Origin: an uncultured Nitrospinota bacterium
Lineage (GTDB): Bacteria; Tectomicrobia; Entotheonellia; J063; CAVPRW01
Length of the DNA stretch: 64,000 nucleotides
Assembly: GCA_963707985.1 (NCBI GenBank)
Contig: CAVPRW010000027.1
Coordinates: 145,521 to 209,520 of the forward strand
Direction of reading: 5' to 3'
Of this stretch, positions 54,733-64,000 are shown piece after piece. Made by a program: the position numbers and the translations under genes. Positions within the stretch are counted from its first letter, which is position 1. Each line of letters opens with the position of its first letter. Below the pieces are notes generated by a model. That model made no database searches, was not told the origin of the DNA, and was given only the letters and a program-made list of their open reading frames with translations.

Positions 54733-57700
54733 TCAGGCCTCATGCTCCGCAGCTGCATCTCCCAAGTCACTCCGTTTTCGATTGGCACGATAAGACTCAA
54801 GGATCCTACTCAAGTACCTCCGGCGGATTGTGGTCAGCCGACTATAGCTGTAGTGCTCGAGGAGTCCGCGAAGGAGGGCCTCGTCGTCGAGTGTGACCCC
54901 GGTAGATCCAGAGTCAAGACGCTCTAGGACTACAAACAGTTCTGACGGAGGAATCTCTTCCAAGTCGCGTCGGCCAGCGGGTCTCTCGCGCACTCGCGGG
55001 TCTTCCGCAAGTCGGAGCATCTGTCCCTCGGGAGATCCATCGCCGAGTTCATCCGCCTGGACGATCTCCCCAGACCTCAACATGGTGCCCAACACGTGGT
55101 TCAGCGCCTGCCGAACTGCCTTTGTAGCGCGCTCCCGATGCGGACAACCCTCAACATAGAGTCGGTAGACGGAAGCCCGATTGATGGGACCGTCCTTTTC
55201 AATGATCTTTCGCAGCCCGGCACGAACGTTTGCCGGAGAGGCGTCCAGTGGGTCCGGGAAGCCCAGCGCTGAAGAGTATCCCGTGAACGGTCCCTGTTCT
55301 GTGGTTGGGAGATCTTCTAAGGTGTCGGTCTGCGCTTCAATCGCGTCGTCTGGGGACTGCCTTTCTTCGGTGGGCAGCACCCGTTCTACCTCCGTCTCTC
55401 CAGCGATCCCTTGCGGTGTAACCTGTTGGGGCTGGTCAATGGGCCGGATGCCAAGCTCGCCACAAGCCTGGACGATCTCGTCTAGCACCCGTGCACGGTC
55501 GGAATAGAACTCGGCCTCGCGCACCCGCACGAAGGTCCAACCCGCTCTCTCCAGCTGGCGCTGTCGGTCCATGTCATGTTCGTAATGTTCGGGCCCATGC
55601 CAGGCATCACCGTCACATTCCACGGCCAGACGGTTTTCGATGCCCTCAACCACCAGGTCGATTCTCTTGCCAGCAACCTCGTACTGGGGATGAATGCGGT
55701 AGTTCCGGCGTAGCAGCTCAAGCGCGACGTCGACCTCGAACCAGCTCTCATAGGGCTCTGGCTGTTCCCCCAGCCGCCGGCGGGACCGTAGCGCTTCACG
55801 CTCCAGGCGCTCATGCTCCTCCCAAAGGCGAGCAGACGCATCGTGCCACGGATCTTTGACGAAGCTCAATAGCCTCCGTCTGAGGTCTTCTGGGCTGAGG
55901 TCGTTGAGCTGAACGCTGTGGAATAACCAGACCTGATCCCGTGCCCGGCTCATCGCGACATTGAAGCGGCGCTGTTCGGGGAGCCGATTCAGCGCGCGGA
56001 ACTGCACGTTGGGTGCGATGACCAGCGACAGGAAGATCACATCTCGCTGGTCTCCCTGGAAGGTAGCGGGGACCCCACAGCGAAGCTTTCGCTCTTCGAT
56101 GACCTGTGGCTCCAGCTCTGCCGCGAGCCTGCCAGCGATCAATTCGGCCTGGGCATGCCCTTGCAGGACGATGACGCCCATGGTCTTGCCATCGTAGTCT
56201 TCGTCCTCGCAGCACTCCCGAATGGTCTGGACCAGGATTTCAGCTTCCTCTCGGTTGTGGATTCTCTGTCCATCCCCGTCGCACCTTCCGCCCTGGACGC
56301 CAGTGTGACGCAAGGGAGGAAGTCTCTCCGGAGGGGCTTGCCGCAGGGGAATCAGAGGAGCATCCCTATAGCACAGATCATTGCTGAAGCGGATAATCTC
56401 CGGGACGCAGCGGAAATGCTCGCGGAGTGAGACCAGGTTGCCGAAGGCACGTTCGGCGTGATCGAAGAGGCTTGTGTTGGGGCGGAATTCCTCGCGGAAG
56501 CGGAAGTCCATGAGGTGTTCGCGCGCCAGGCGAGCAATGTCGTCCTCCCGGATCCCGACAGCCTCCGGACTGTTCTGCTTATCATCACCGACCACAATGA
56601 CCCGTTTGGCGAGGAGGAAGAGCGCCAAAGATTCTATCTCAGCCTGAGAGGCCTCGTCGATGATGACGGTGTCAAACAGACCAGGCTCCGCATCGACGGT
56701 GTCCCAGAGCTTGTGGAGTGGCATCACCCACGCCGGGATCTTGGGGATGCAGGCCTTAAGGTACCCGCGGGCGGTCCGACGGTGTCGATAGGCATACGTT
56801 CCCGTGTTTGCACCAATGCGATCGACTGCCCTGGTCCAGGCTCTCAGGTGCTGGATCGTGGCATCGTCCAATCGGTCGAAGAAGGCCTGCCAGGCTCTTA
56901 ACGACGCAATCTCCCCGATCTGCTCCTCGATCCTCCTCCCGAGCCGGCGACTCGCTGCAGTGAGGTCCTTATAGCGTTCTCGATCTGCAACATCCTGGAG
57001 CCAGCCATGCGCCGAAGCCCAAGCCCAGGCTTTGTCAAGCTGGAGAAGCCTCGATTGCCATGTCGGATCGCCCTGGGCCTCCCGTAATCTCGCCGCGAGT
57101 GCCGGGCGGCGCTGCGTGAGCTTCATGATGAGTTCCTTGTACTGGGCAAGATGCCCCTGCTTGCCCCGAATCATCTCCCGCTGCGCCCAGGCTCCCTGCC
57201 AGACCACCGGATCACGCCTCTCGAGAGCCTCGGCCAGTCGCTCCAAAGAGGGATGGGCTTGTCCATCCTCCAGACAACGCCGGATCGTCTGCAGGGACTC
57301 CTCTAGCGGTTTCTTCGCTGTCCGAGCGGAACGGGCAGCGAGTTCAGCCTCAATGGCCTGGAGCCACCTCGTCCGCTCACCCTGCCCAGAAAGCTCGAGT
57401 CTATGTACCATCGGTACGCAGGGGATACCCTCCCTCCCGAGTACTTCAATGAGTGTCAAAATTCCCTCGAGCATGGTCACCAGCTCCCCTGCGGCCGTAG
57501 CGGCCTGTCTTGGCTCCCCGTTGAATGCATCGAAAGGTCTTGGCCACAGACGCTCAAAGTCTTGGATGAGCACCTTCAGCCTCAGCCAAGCAACGAGCTT
57601 GCGGAGGCGTTCCACATCATGCGGGCATGTGCCATCGACGAGACAACGCTCCTCGACATAACCCGTCTCCTTCAGCACGTGCGGTTTAAACACCAAGAAA

Positions 57701-59898
57701 CCATGCCCACCCCCGTTCTCGAAGTGCTCCAGGCGGCGTATGGTATCCGCCAGCAGACGGCCGGGGTGGACCTCAGGAGGCAGCTCGATGCGGGCACCTC
57801 CAATCCGCCCAAGCATGACGTCGATCTCTCTCAATATCCCCACAGCCTCCTGTTGGAGCCGGCACCACCGCTCTCCGTGGTTTACAAGCAGGTCCTTCAG
57901 GATTTCTACTGCGAGATCCCCTAACATGTGGGCAACGCGCAGAGCATGTTCATCTATGCTGCGGAGCGAGGCGGCCGTTTTTTCTAAATGTTCCCGCGGG
58001 GAGTTTCGAATGTGGTCGAGCCGTTCCGGATCGGCAGTCTGCTGGTGGCGATGGGCTTCCTTCTCCGCCTCCTCTAGCTGGGTTATCGTATGCCGAAATT
58101 CATCCGGGGTTGGGAGCACGAAGTTGCCGCTATCGAGGTGCAGCTCATGCTCCAGGACGGCCGTCAGCTCCGCGTGCACCGCCGCGAGAAGACGGACCTC
58201 TGCCTCCTGCAGTGGGAAAGGGAAGCGGTCGTGCCGGACATCTGGGAACCACCCGAGCGTTTCCCGTTCCTGTTCCAGCTGTCGGGCGATCTGGGCTGCT
58301 GTGCCCTCATAGCCTCCTGGCAGGCGATGGGAGTGGGTTTCGGCCTCGCGAGACTCCCGCAACTGCCGCTCTGTTTCTGCCAGTTCAGTTTCCAAAGCTT
58401 CCAATTGCTTCTCAAGTTGGCTGATCTTTGCATGAACCCTCTCGGTTCCCAGCCACTCATTCTGTTTTCTGAGAATCCCCCGCACACCCTCCTCCAAAAG
58501 ACGTTGGTCTTCCCGTGAGGAACCCAGCGCGGTGACGCAAAGGTCCTGCAAGTCCTTGGGTAGCATGTCTCGCAAGACTGTGAGCGCCTTTGGAGCTTGC
58601 GCGGTGATGAGAATCCTCTCGCCGGAGGCGAGCAGGTGGCACACCAGGTTCGCGATCGTGTGGCTTTTGCCGGTGCCTGGCGGTCCCTTGACCACCACGC
58701 ACGGAGACGCACGAAGACGGTAGACGATCTGTCGCTGCTCCACGTTGGTCGGGAGAGGAAAAAAGAGACGGCCGGGCGGCTCGGTGCTGCTCAGAGCACC
58801 AGTAAAGGCTGGGCTTACAAGGATGCCTCGCGCATGCGAGGACTCCCCTTCGTCAAGGAAGCACTGCCAGGGTCCCGTGGTTTTGGTCAGCGAGTCGTTT
58901 GCGACCTGGTGGAGAAGACGGCCAACGACCTCTTCGAATACTGTTGGACGGCGCTCCCGGAGCACCAGGGCAGGAGCCAAGTAGACGCAAAAGGTTGTGT
59001 CTGCGGTTTGGCTCGGTTCGAAATTCTTTTCATCGACCTGTGCGTTTCCCTTCGCCCGATTGGCAATCTCTCGCAGGATCGCACCTACCTGATCAGCATC
59101 CCAGGCGCCAAAATCGAGCCCCTCCAATTGCTCCGGAATGTGTGATCCATCGAGCCGTGGCTGGTCCGCGAGCTCCAGCATATCGAGCTCGACTTTGAAT
59201 GCCTCGAAGCTGGCTGCCGGAACTACTGTAAGAATGCCACGCGCTGCGTCGAACTCGATCTCGGCGAGACCGGTCAGAAGGTGGCGCTTCACCATTTTCC
59301 CAGTCGAATCTCGCCAGTGGAGCAGCCCTACGCCAAGGAAGAGTTCGTAGCGCTCCTCGGACTCCTCCACGCGTCGCCTCATGAAATCGACAGCTTCGTA
59401 GACCTGGTGCACCTCCTGCCAGCGGCGTATCTTTTCAGCCCACGGCTTCCAGTGGTTCATCAGGTATTCGAGCCAAGCCTCTTCTACTTCCGGATGATCT
59501 TGCAGCCGCCGAAGCTGGGGAACCTTTTCGACCATGGTGCGTGGCTGCTCAGGCGGAGCATCGGGATCGGGCATTTCCTGCTCCACGAGAATGGTGATCT
59601 CTGGCACAAGGTCCGGCTCCTGGTCCGGGTGATCCAGGTCCTCTGGGCGGACCCACTCGGCGACCGTCTCAGGCACAGGCGGTCGGATGGGTATGCGTGC
59701 CTTGCGCACTTCCAGCCAGAAGTCAGGGCCTTCTCCGCGCTCTGCGGCAAGGAAGGGCGAGCGGCACTCGGTTCGGTCCTTGGGAAGACTCGAGAACCAG
59801 AGCACCCTGTCGCTTGTCCGATAGGCGGGAATCCGTTGCCGCTTAAGCGTCGCGGCATCTTTCAGAAATCGAAGGAGTGCTATTCCCTTATTGGACAT
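54733..59898 (-). CDS. SF1 (UPF1/DNA2-like) helicase with C-terminal Vsr/MTES_1575-like nuclease, putative defence protein
   Basis: KGPPGTGKSHT, IIDEASQ, GDDKQ, EHFRC, FQGDQRD, RFNVAMSRAR; ESWFE...RIDLVV..LAVECDGDAWH...DMDRQRQLERAGW. Confidence 0.9.
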   Translation of the reverse strand: MSNKGIALLRFLKDAATLKRQRIPAYRTSDRVLWFSSLPKDRTECRSPFLAAERGEGPDFWLEVRKARIPIRPPVPETVAEWVRPEDLDHPDQEPDLVPEITILVEQEMPDPDAPPEQPRTMVEKVPQLRRLQDHPEVEEAWLEYLMNHWKPWAEKIRRWQEVHQVYEAVDFMRRRVEESEERYELFLGVGLLHWRDSTGKMVKRHLLTGLAEIEFDAARGILTVVPAASFEAFKVELDMLELADQPRLDGSHIPEQLEGLDFGAWDADQVGAILREIANRAKGNAQVDEKNFEPSQTADTTFCVYLAPALVLRERRPTVFEEVVGRLLHQVANDSLTKTTGPWQCFLDEGESSHARGILVSPAFTGALSSTEPPGRLFFPLPTNVEQRQIVYRLRASPCVVVKGPPGTGKSHTIANLVCHLLASGERILITAQAPKALTVLRDMLPKDLQDLCVTALGSSREDQRLLEEGVRGILRKQNEWLGTERVHAKISQLEKQLEALETELAETERQLRESREAETHSHRLPGGYEGTAAQIARQLEQERETLGWFPDVRHDRFPFPLQEAEVRLLAAVHAELTAVLEHELHLDSGNFVLPTPDEFRHTITQLEEAEKEAHRHQQTADPERLDHIRNSPREHLEKTAASLRSIDEHALRVAHMLGDLAVEILKDLLVNHGERWCRLQQEAVGILREIDVMLGRIGGARIELPPEVHPGRLLADTIRRLEHFENGGGHGFLVFKPHVLKETGYVEERCLVDGTCPHDVERLRKLVAWLRLKVLIQDFERLWPRPFDAFNGEPRQAATAAGELVTMLEGILTLIEVLGREGIPCVPMVHRLELSGQGERTRWLQAIEAELAARSARTAKKPLEESLQTIRRCLEDGQAHPSLERLAEALERRDPVVWQGAWAQREMIRGKQGHLAQYKELIMKLTQRRPALAARLREAQGDPTWQSRLLQLDKAWAWASAHGWLQDVADRERYKDLTAASRRLGRRIEEQIGEIASLRAWQAFFDRLDDATIQHLRAWTRAVDRIGANTGTYAYRHRRTARGYLKACIPKIPAWVMPLHKLWDTVDAEPGLFDTVIIDEASQAEIESLALFLLAKRVIVVGDDKQNSPEAVGIREDDIARLAREHLMDFRFREEFRPNTSLFDHAERAFGNLVSLREHFRCVPEIIRFSNDLCYRDAPLIPLRQAPPERLPPLRHTGVQGGRCDGDGQRIHNREEAEILVQTIRECCEDEDYDGKTMGVIVLQGHAQAELIAGRLAAELEPQVIEERKLRCGVPATFQGDQRDVIFLSLVIAPNVQFRALNRLPEQRRFNVAMSRARDQVWLFHSVQLNDLSPEDLRRRLLSFVKDPWHDASARLWEEHERLEREALRSRRRLGEQPEPYESWFEVDVALELLRRNYRIHPQYEVAGKRIDLVVEGIENRLAVECDGDAWHGPEHYEHDMDRQRQLERAGWTFVRVREAEFYSDRARVLDEIVQACGELGIRPIDQPQQVTPQGIAGETEVERVLPTEERQSPDDAIEAQTDTLEDLPTTEQGPFTGYSSALGFPDPLDASPANVRAGLRKIIEKDGPINRASVYRLYVEGCPHRERATKAVRQALNHVLGTMLRSGEIVQADELGDGSPEGQMLRLAEDPRVRERPAGRRDLEEIPPSELFVVLERLDSGSTGVTLDDEALLRGLLEHYSYSRLTTIRRRYLSRILESYRANRKRSDLGDAAAEHEA

Positions 59899-59949
59899 GA
59901 GGATACCTACTCGATTATGGACAAAGTACTGGTTGCGCTAATGACATTT

Positions 59950-60019
59950 GGCTGTCTAACGAAGGGGTATCAGCCGCGCGCGGCTGTTTGTGCGTCGGTT
60001 GCATGCCGTGGTTAGCCGG
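59950..60019 (-). mobile_element. attC site
   Basis: Minus: GGCTAAC cacggcatgcaaccgacgcacaaacagccgcgcgcggctgataccccttc GTTAGAC. Confidence 0.85.
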
Positions 60020-60545
60020 GCGTTCGCTCGCCTTTGCCCAGCCCCGCCTTCCGTAACCACTCACCCATCACCTTGGTCGCCGCGTCCACGTCATCCATCA
60101 GTTGCCTGAGACCCTCGGGATCAGTGAATACATGCCGCCCCTTGTACTCTCCTCTTGAAGGATCACCCTCACGAAAGGGAATGCCGTAGGTCGCTCCTTT
60201 GTGTGCCACCGAGTTTCGCAGTTTGGCGATTCTCTCAAGCGTGTCCACGGTAGTGAGGTCGAGTAGCTTCTTCTTACGGATCAGGCGAGCGACCTGACCG
60301 AGACCGTGAGCCCTCTTGGGCTGGTATTGCTCGAAGGGAGTCGGCTTCCGGTCCGCGACCCACAAGATGGCGACCGCTAGGTATTCCAGATGTGCGGCAG
60401 CGCCATTGACGAAGATCCATACCCACAGATCCGCGTCGGTGTTTAGGGCGAAGCGAACGATCATCCACTGACGGACAAGGTCAAGCAGGCTATCCCATGC
60501 TGCAGCCACCGTCGCACCCCGCGTATCAGCTGAAGGTTCACTCAT
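60012..60545 (-). CDS. HEPN-like cassette protein
   Basis: Helical; Rx4H motif LRNSVAH; AAHLEYL; stop lies within GGCTAAC. Confidence 0.65.
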   Translation of the reverse strand: MSEPSADTRGATVAAAWDSLLDLVRQWMIVRFALNTDADLWVWIFVNGAAAHLEYLAVAILWVADRKPTPFEQYQPKRAHGLGQVARLIRKKKLLDLTTVDTLERIAKLRNSVAHKGATYGIPFREGDPSRGEYKGRHVFTDPEGLRQLMDDVDAATKVMGEWLRKAGLGKGERTPG

Positions 60546-61083
60546 ATGCCGCACATGTGCCATACCAGATGTTTGCTCGGTTATACATGACGTTGGCGTG
60601 CTGAGATGAGTAGACGAATGACGAGTTGACAGGGTCGATCGAAATGGTCTCCGGCGACGTTCCGGGTTCCCGGTTCTTGCTGACCAAGAGAAGACCGCCC
60701 CCCGGCGTAGGCTCCGCAGTGAAGATGACAGGACTTTCAAGAGCCTCAAGGTTGGCGTTGAACCGGATGACCTGCGCGGTCCCGCTCTGCCAAAAGACGG
60801 TTATCCGCCAATAGGTAGGCTTCGGCTCCTGTTCAATCCGAGCCCCTTCGTGCACCGTTGCGTCGACGAGATTGCGCCAGAAGCCAGCTGTAGCCAACTG
60901 GCTCGCTTTGCACATTACCGTGGGCGAGGCGAGCTTTGGCCCCGTGTAGGGCACCTTCCGCTCATACTTGTCTGCGGATCGAGCGGCAGGCGCAGCAATG
61001 GCGTCGCCAGCCAGTAGGCACAGAGCGAAAAGAGCGACCTTCCAAGTACCTCCAGACACGGTGCCTCCTTGTGCTTTTGCCAT
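60538..61083 (-). CDS. Secreted hypothetical cassette protein
   Basis: Signal-peptide-like WKVALFALCLLAGDAIA; ATG immediately after GTTAGCCGGC. Confidence 0.65.
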   Translation of the reverse strand: MAKAQGGTVSGGTWKVALFALCLLAGDAIAAPAARSADKYERKVPYTGPKLASPTVMCKASQLATAGFWRNLVDATVHEGARIEQEPKPTYWRITVFWQSGTAQVIRFNANLEALESPVIFTAEPTPGGGLLLVSKNREPGTSPETISIDPVNSSFVYSSQHANVMYNRANIWYGTCAAYE

Positions 61084-61084
61084 G

Positions 61085-61160
61085 CCGGCTAACGACGAAG
61101 CTCAGCGGCGCATATGCCGCGCAGCGGGTTATGCGCCGGCGGGAACGCCTTGTTAGCCAT
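61085..61160 (-). mobile_element. attC site
   Basis: Minus: GGCTAAC aaggcgttcccgccggcgcataacccgctgcgcggcatatgcgccgctgagcttcgtc GTTAGCC. Confidence 0.85.
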
Positions 61161-61911
61161 CAGCCTCACCTTGATCCGCGGAGAACAACCGGTCCTTATT
61201 CTTTTCGATTGCATCCGTCAGTTTCTCCGCAAGCTCCTTGTGGTTGGTAAAGAAGTGCACGTTCATATGAATGTCGAAATGGATCTTTGTAGCCGTACCT
61301 GGCTTTATGACGCTCTCCTTGCTCGCCACATAGGCCACCGGCCGGGGTAGTGCCTCTGCAAATCCAGCTTCGAAGTAGCAAGATGGTCGCTCATCGGTGA
61401 GGTCAGCGATGGCGAAGGCCGCATCACGAATTTCCTTCTTGATCCTACCGACCAGGTCTTCGAGAGGATGCTCCTTGTCTATTCGGATAGCGACCCCGTC
61501 AAATTTTGCCACGACAGTTTCGATTACTTCAAAGCGTTCGTCGTACTCACGGTAGATTCGTTGATCTTCTTGAGTGCCATGCTTCTCACCTTGGATTGGC
61601 ATTATGACAAAGACGCGAGGCTTGTTCTTTCCTAGAAGTTTTCGGGCCTTTGTTTCAAATCGAGGAAACTGATTTTTCTTGCGCTTTATCAGATCGCTTA
61701 TGGGTCCCGCGCGCTTGTCCCAGGCAGCGGTGGTCTCATATATGCGCAACTCCAGGACCTGATAAGACTGGGTCTTCGCGCCCCACTTCGCAGTAATAAC
61801 CCCACCAGCGACGAAAGGGAGGACCACTTCAGACAAGAGCTGTTGTTCTGTTCGGTTTGGGATCGTCTTCTGGCGATCACCAGACAGAACCGCAATTGCG
61901 TGAAATGGCAT
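61153..61911 (-). CDS. Nucleoside 2-deoxyribosyltransferase/TIR-like domain cassette protein
   Basis: VFVIMP, IADLTDERPSCYFEAGFAEAL, IHFDI; RBS GAGGGAG; stop lies within GGCTAAC. Confidence 0.78.
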   Translation of the reverse strand: MPFHAIAVLSGDRQKTIPNRTEQQLLSEVVLPFVAGGVITAKWGAKTQSYQVLELRIYETTAAWDKRAGPISDLIKRKKNQFPRFETKARKLLGKNKPRVFVIMPIQGEKHGTQEDQRIYREYDERFEVIETVVAKFDGVAIRIDKEHPLEDLVGRIKKEIRDAAFAIADLTDERPSCYFEAGFAEALPRPVAYVASKESVIKPGTATKIHFDIHMNVHFFTNHKELAEKLTDAIEKNKDRLFSADQGEADG

Positions 61912-61930
61912 GTCTCCCTCTTCGTTTGGA

Positions 61931-62063
61931 TAGCTAATGGAGCGTGAGATAAGCGGAACCCCGACTTGGGCGGGCGCACGTTCGCGTGCGGCCGCCCAAC
62001 CAAGGGGCGAAGCGCAGCGGAGTCCCGCGCAGCGGGATTTCCGCTTCATTGAGTTGTTCGGCC
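61931..62063 (-). mobile_element. Long attC site
   Basis: Minus: GCCGAAC aactcaatgaagcggaa...ttccgcttatctcacgctcc ATTAGCT; non-canonical first base of core. Confidence 0.7.
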
Positions 62064-62089
62064 GCGCCGGGCGCGGGTGAACAACTCAA

Positions 62090-62710
62090 CTGATCTCGCG
62101 CCCTGCTCGGCCGTGCAGCCCGACCGAATGTCTCTGCAATCAGCTGCCGACCGCCGGTGAAGCTATCACGCGTGATTTGGAGGCCGGCTGACGGCCGAGG
62201 CTTCTGCAAGTCTGTGAGCGCCGGGCAATCAACTGAATTGCCTTGTTGGGCAGCCAGCCTGCCGGCGACGCCGGAAGGGCGAGCCAGGATGGAGAGCCGA
62301 CCGACGACAAAGCACTGGCCTCAGGTTACACGGCGAGCGACAAACGGCGACGAACAAGCTGCCCGTGGCCTGGGGCACCCAGCAGCGGCACAAGCCGAAA
62401 TTCCTGCGACGCCACAATACGCCAGGTGGGCATTAGCCACGCCGAACACGCCGAGACAGGCGACGGACAGCCTGCCTAGCCAGAAACCAACGGACCCAAA
62501 AAACGAGTCGAAGCGGTTAATCTTGGCTGGCTCATTCAGCCACGAGAGGAACCCGACAAGGAGAACCGCGGCCAACAGAAGGAACAGCAGGCCAAACGCA
62601 ACGCTCGCTAGTTGGGAAACAGGTGTGTCGAAGATATAGCCGCCTAAGCGACGGCTTCCGTCCTCCAACACCCGCTCGAGAATCTCTCAGAGTCGGGTCG
62701 TTATCGGGCA
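62090..62710 (-). pseudogene. Frameshifted membrane-protein cassette gene
   Basis: Hydrophobic ORF 62321-62671; RBS GAGGAG and GTG near 62710; 3' end uncertain. Confidence 0.45.
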
Positions 62711-62737
62711 CCGAAATCTCTCTCCTCGTTTTTGGCC

Positions 62738-62762
62738 GCCCAACGGGGCGCTAGATGAGCGT
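62738..62762 (-). mobile_element. attC right-half remnant
   Basis: Minus: gctcatctagcgcccc GTTGGGC, fused to the truncated DUF499 gene. Confidence 0.55.
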
Positions 62763-62764
62763 CA

Positions 62765-63625
62765 CCCAGTGCTCGGCCTACGCCGCCATGCCGAGGGCCG
62801 TGTCCTCGGCCACGTCCTCGCCCCGCACCGTGGAGATGAGCTCGACCAGGCGACTGGTTTGACGGGCGAAGGCATCGGCCTGGCTGGCGAGCGTGAGCAC
62901 GACGGCAATCCCGGCATGGGTGCGGGCGCAGCCATGCCAGTGCGAGCAACAAGGCCGCCAGTTGCTCGCTGCCATGCGGGCGCGCCGCCTCCAGGCGAGC
63001 GGCATACTGGGCCAGCTCATCCAGCATGATGACGACTTTGCGCCCCTCCAGTGATGTGCTCGAAGAAGCGCCGATCGGGCGCCGCCGGCGATGTCGCAGC
63101 GGTTTCCACCTGACGGTAGAGGGACTCGCCGCCAATCTGATAGGCCAGCTCGCCCCAGATGGTGTAGGGCGCCAGGTCGCTCCCCTGCGGCTTGTCGACC
63201 GGGATCCCATCGCCCGCGATGCCGACCACCGTCACCTCACCCGGTGCATGGAGCAGCCGCGGATCGATGATGCCCTGCGTCACTGCCGCCAGGTCACGGC
63301 CGCGGAAGCCCAGATGGGTCAGGGCGATCAGGGTATGTGTCTTGCCCCCACCAAATGCCGTCTCCAGGCGGTGCAGGGCTGGTGCACTGTGCTCGGCCCG
63401 GCGAGACGGCTGAAGACATCGGTGAGGACCATGTGCAGGCCCTCCGTGGCGTACGTCGCGTCGCGAAAGAACTGCTCGGCATCGGTGTAGAGCGCATGCG
63501 TGACGGCCGGTTTCCCGTGATAGTGATCCGCCGCCTGGCTCACGCTGGCGGTGAAGATGTCTTCGGTTGAAGGAGCCTTGCAAGATATCCTGGTGGGGTT
63601 GGCAGGTCTGCTGAATAGAGAACAT
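62765..63625 (-). pseudogene. DUF499 ATPase, frameshifted and 3'-truncated
   Basis: YTDAEQFFRDATYATEGL, LETAFGGGKTHTLIAL, TIWGELAYQIGG, VVIMLDELAQY. Confidence 0.85.
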
Positions 63626-64000
63626 CGCGCGGTTCCTCTAGGTCTAACAGGTCGTGTGGTGACCATGCGACCAAGACGACGGCGCCATTCTATCAATTAA
63701 GATCAATATTGATATACAAATATGAAACTCTGACACTGGTGGTGGTCACCCGACCTCGGGACGGAGGATAGGGGGCTCACTCGCCACGTGATAGATGTGT
63801 TATGATACCTGGCGTTGGCATCATGATCTAGCGAAGGAAAATGTAGGGTCACTCGTTGCGTGCCCCATGGGGGTCCCCAGGTATGCCGTCCGAGGGTTCC
63901 CTCACAGTTCACGCTGATGGCTCGCTCGCGGTGCATAAGCACCCGGGCGAAGACACGATCGCCTTAGATGCGACATTGTCCACCTTTGCAGAACCGGCCA

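Overview
GC-rich bacterial window, probably metagenomic, with many broken ORFs (some real decay, some possibly sequencing indels). 0.5-16 kb: a di-heme cytochrome c peroxidase gene, a PAS histidine kinase, a sigma54 promoter, a repeat-containing predicted lipoprotein and an atypical Lgt paralog. The NtrC-type regulator is at 14.5-16 kb, and a decayed integron region (intI remnant, attC sites, TA pairs) lies in between. 16-26 kb: a broken wHTH-ATPase-TPR regulator and catabolic enzymes. 26-39 kb: accessory DNA ending at an integrase that abuts tRNA-Arg(CCG). It holds a PIN TA pair, two adjacent IS elements, a sigma54 stress operon, and a gene pair sharing a 22-aa amyloid-signalling-like motif (Bell-like protein plus DUF4062/NLR-like N-terminus). 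39-51.5 kb: housekeeping genes (trxB, lgt, HtrA protease, acs). 52-64 kb: a decayed DUF499/DUF1156/SNF2 restriction-like operon whose middle is replaced by four integron cassettes, including a ~5.26-kb SF1 helicase-nuclease cassette, a HEPN-like ORF and an NDT/TIR-like ORF. All calls come from manual motif recognition; no database searches were run.
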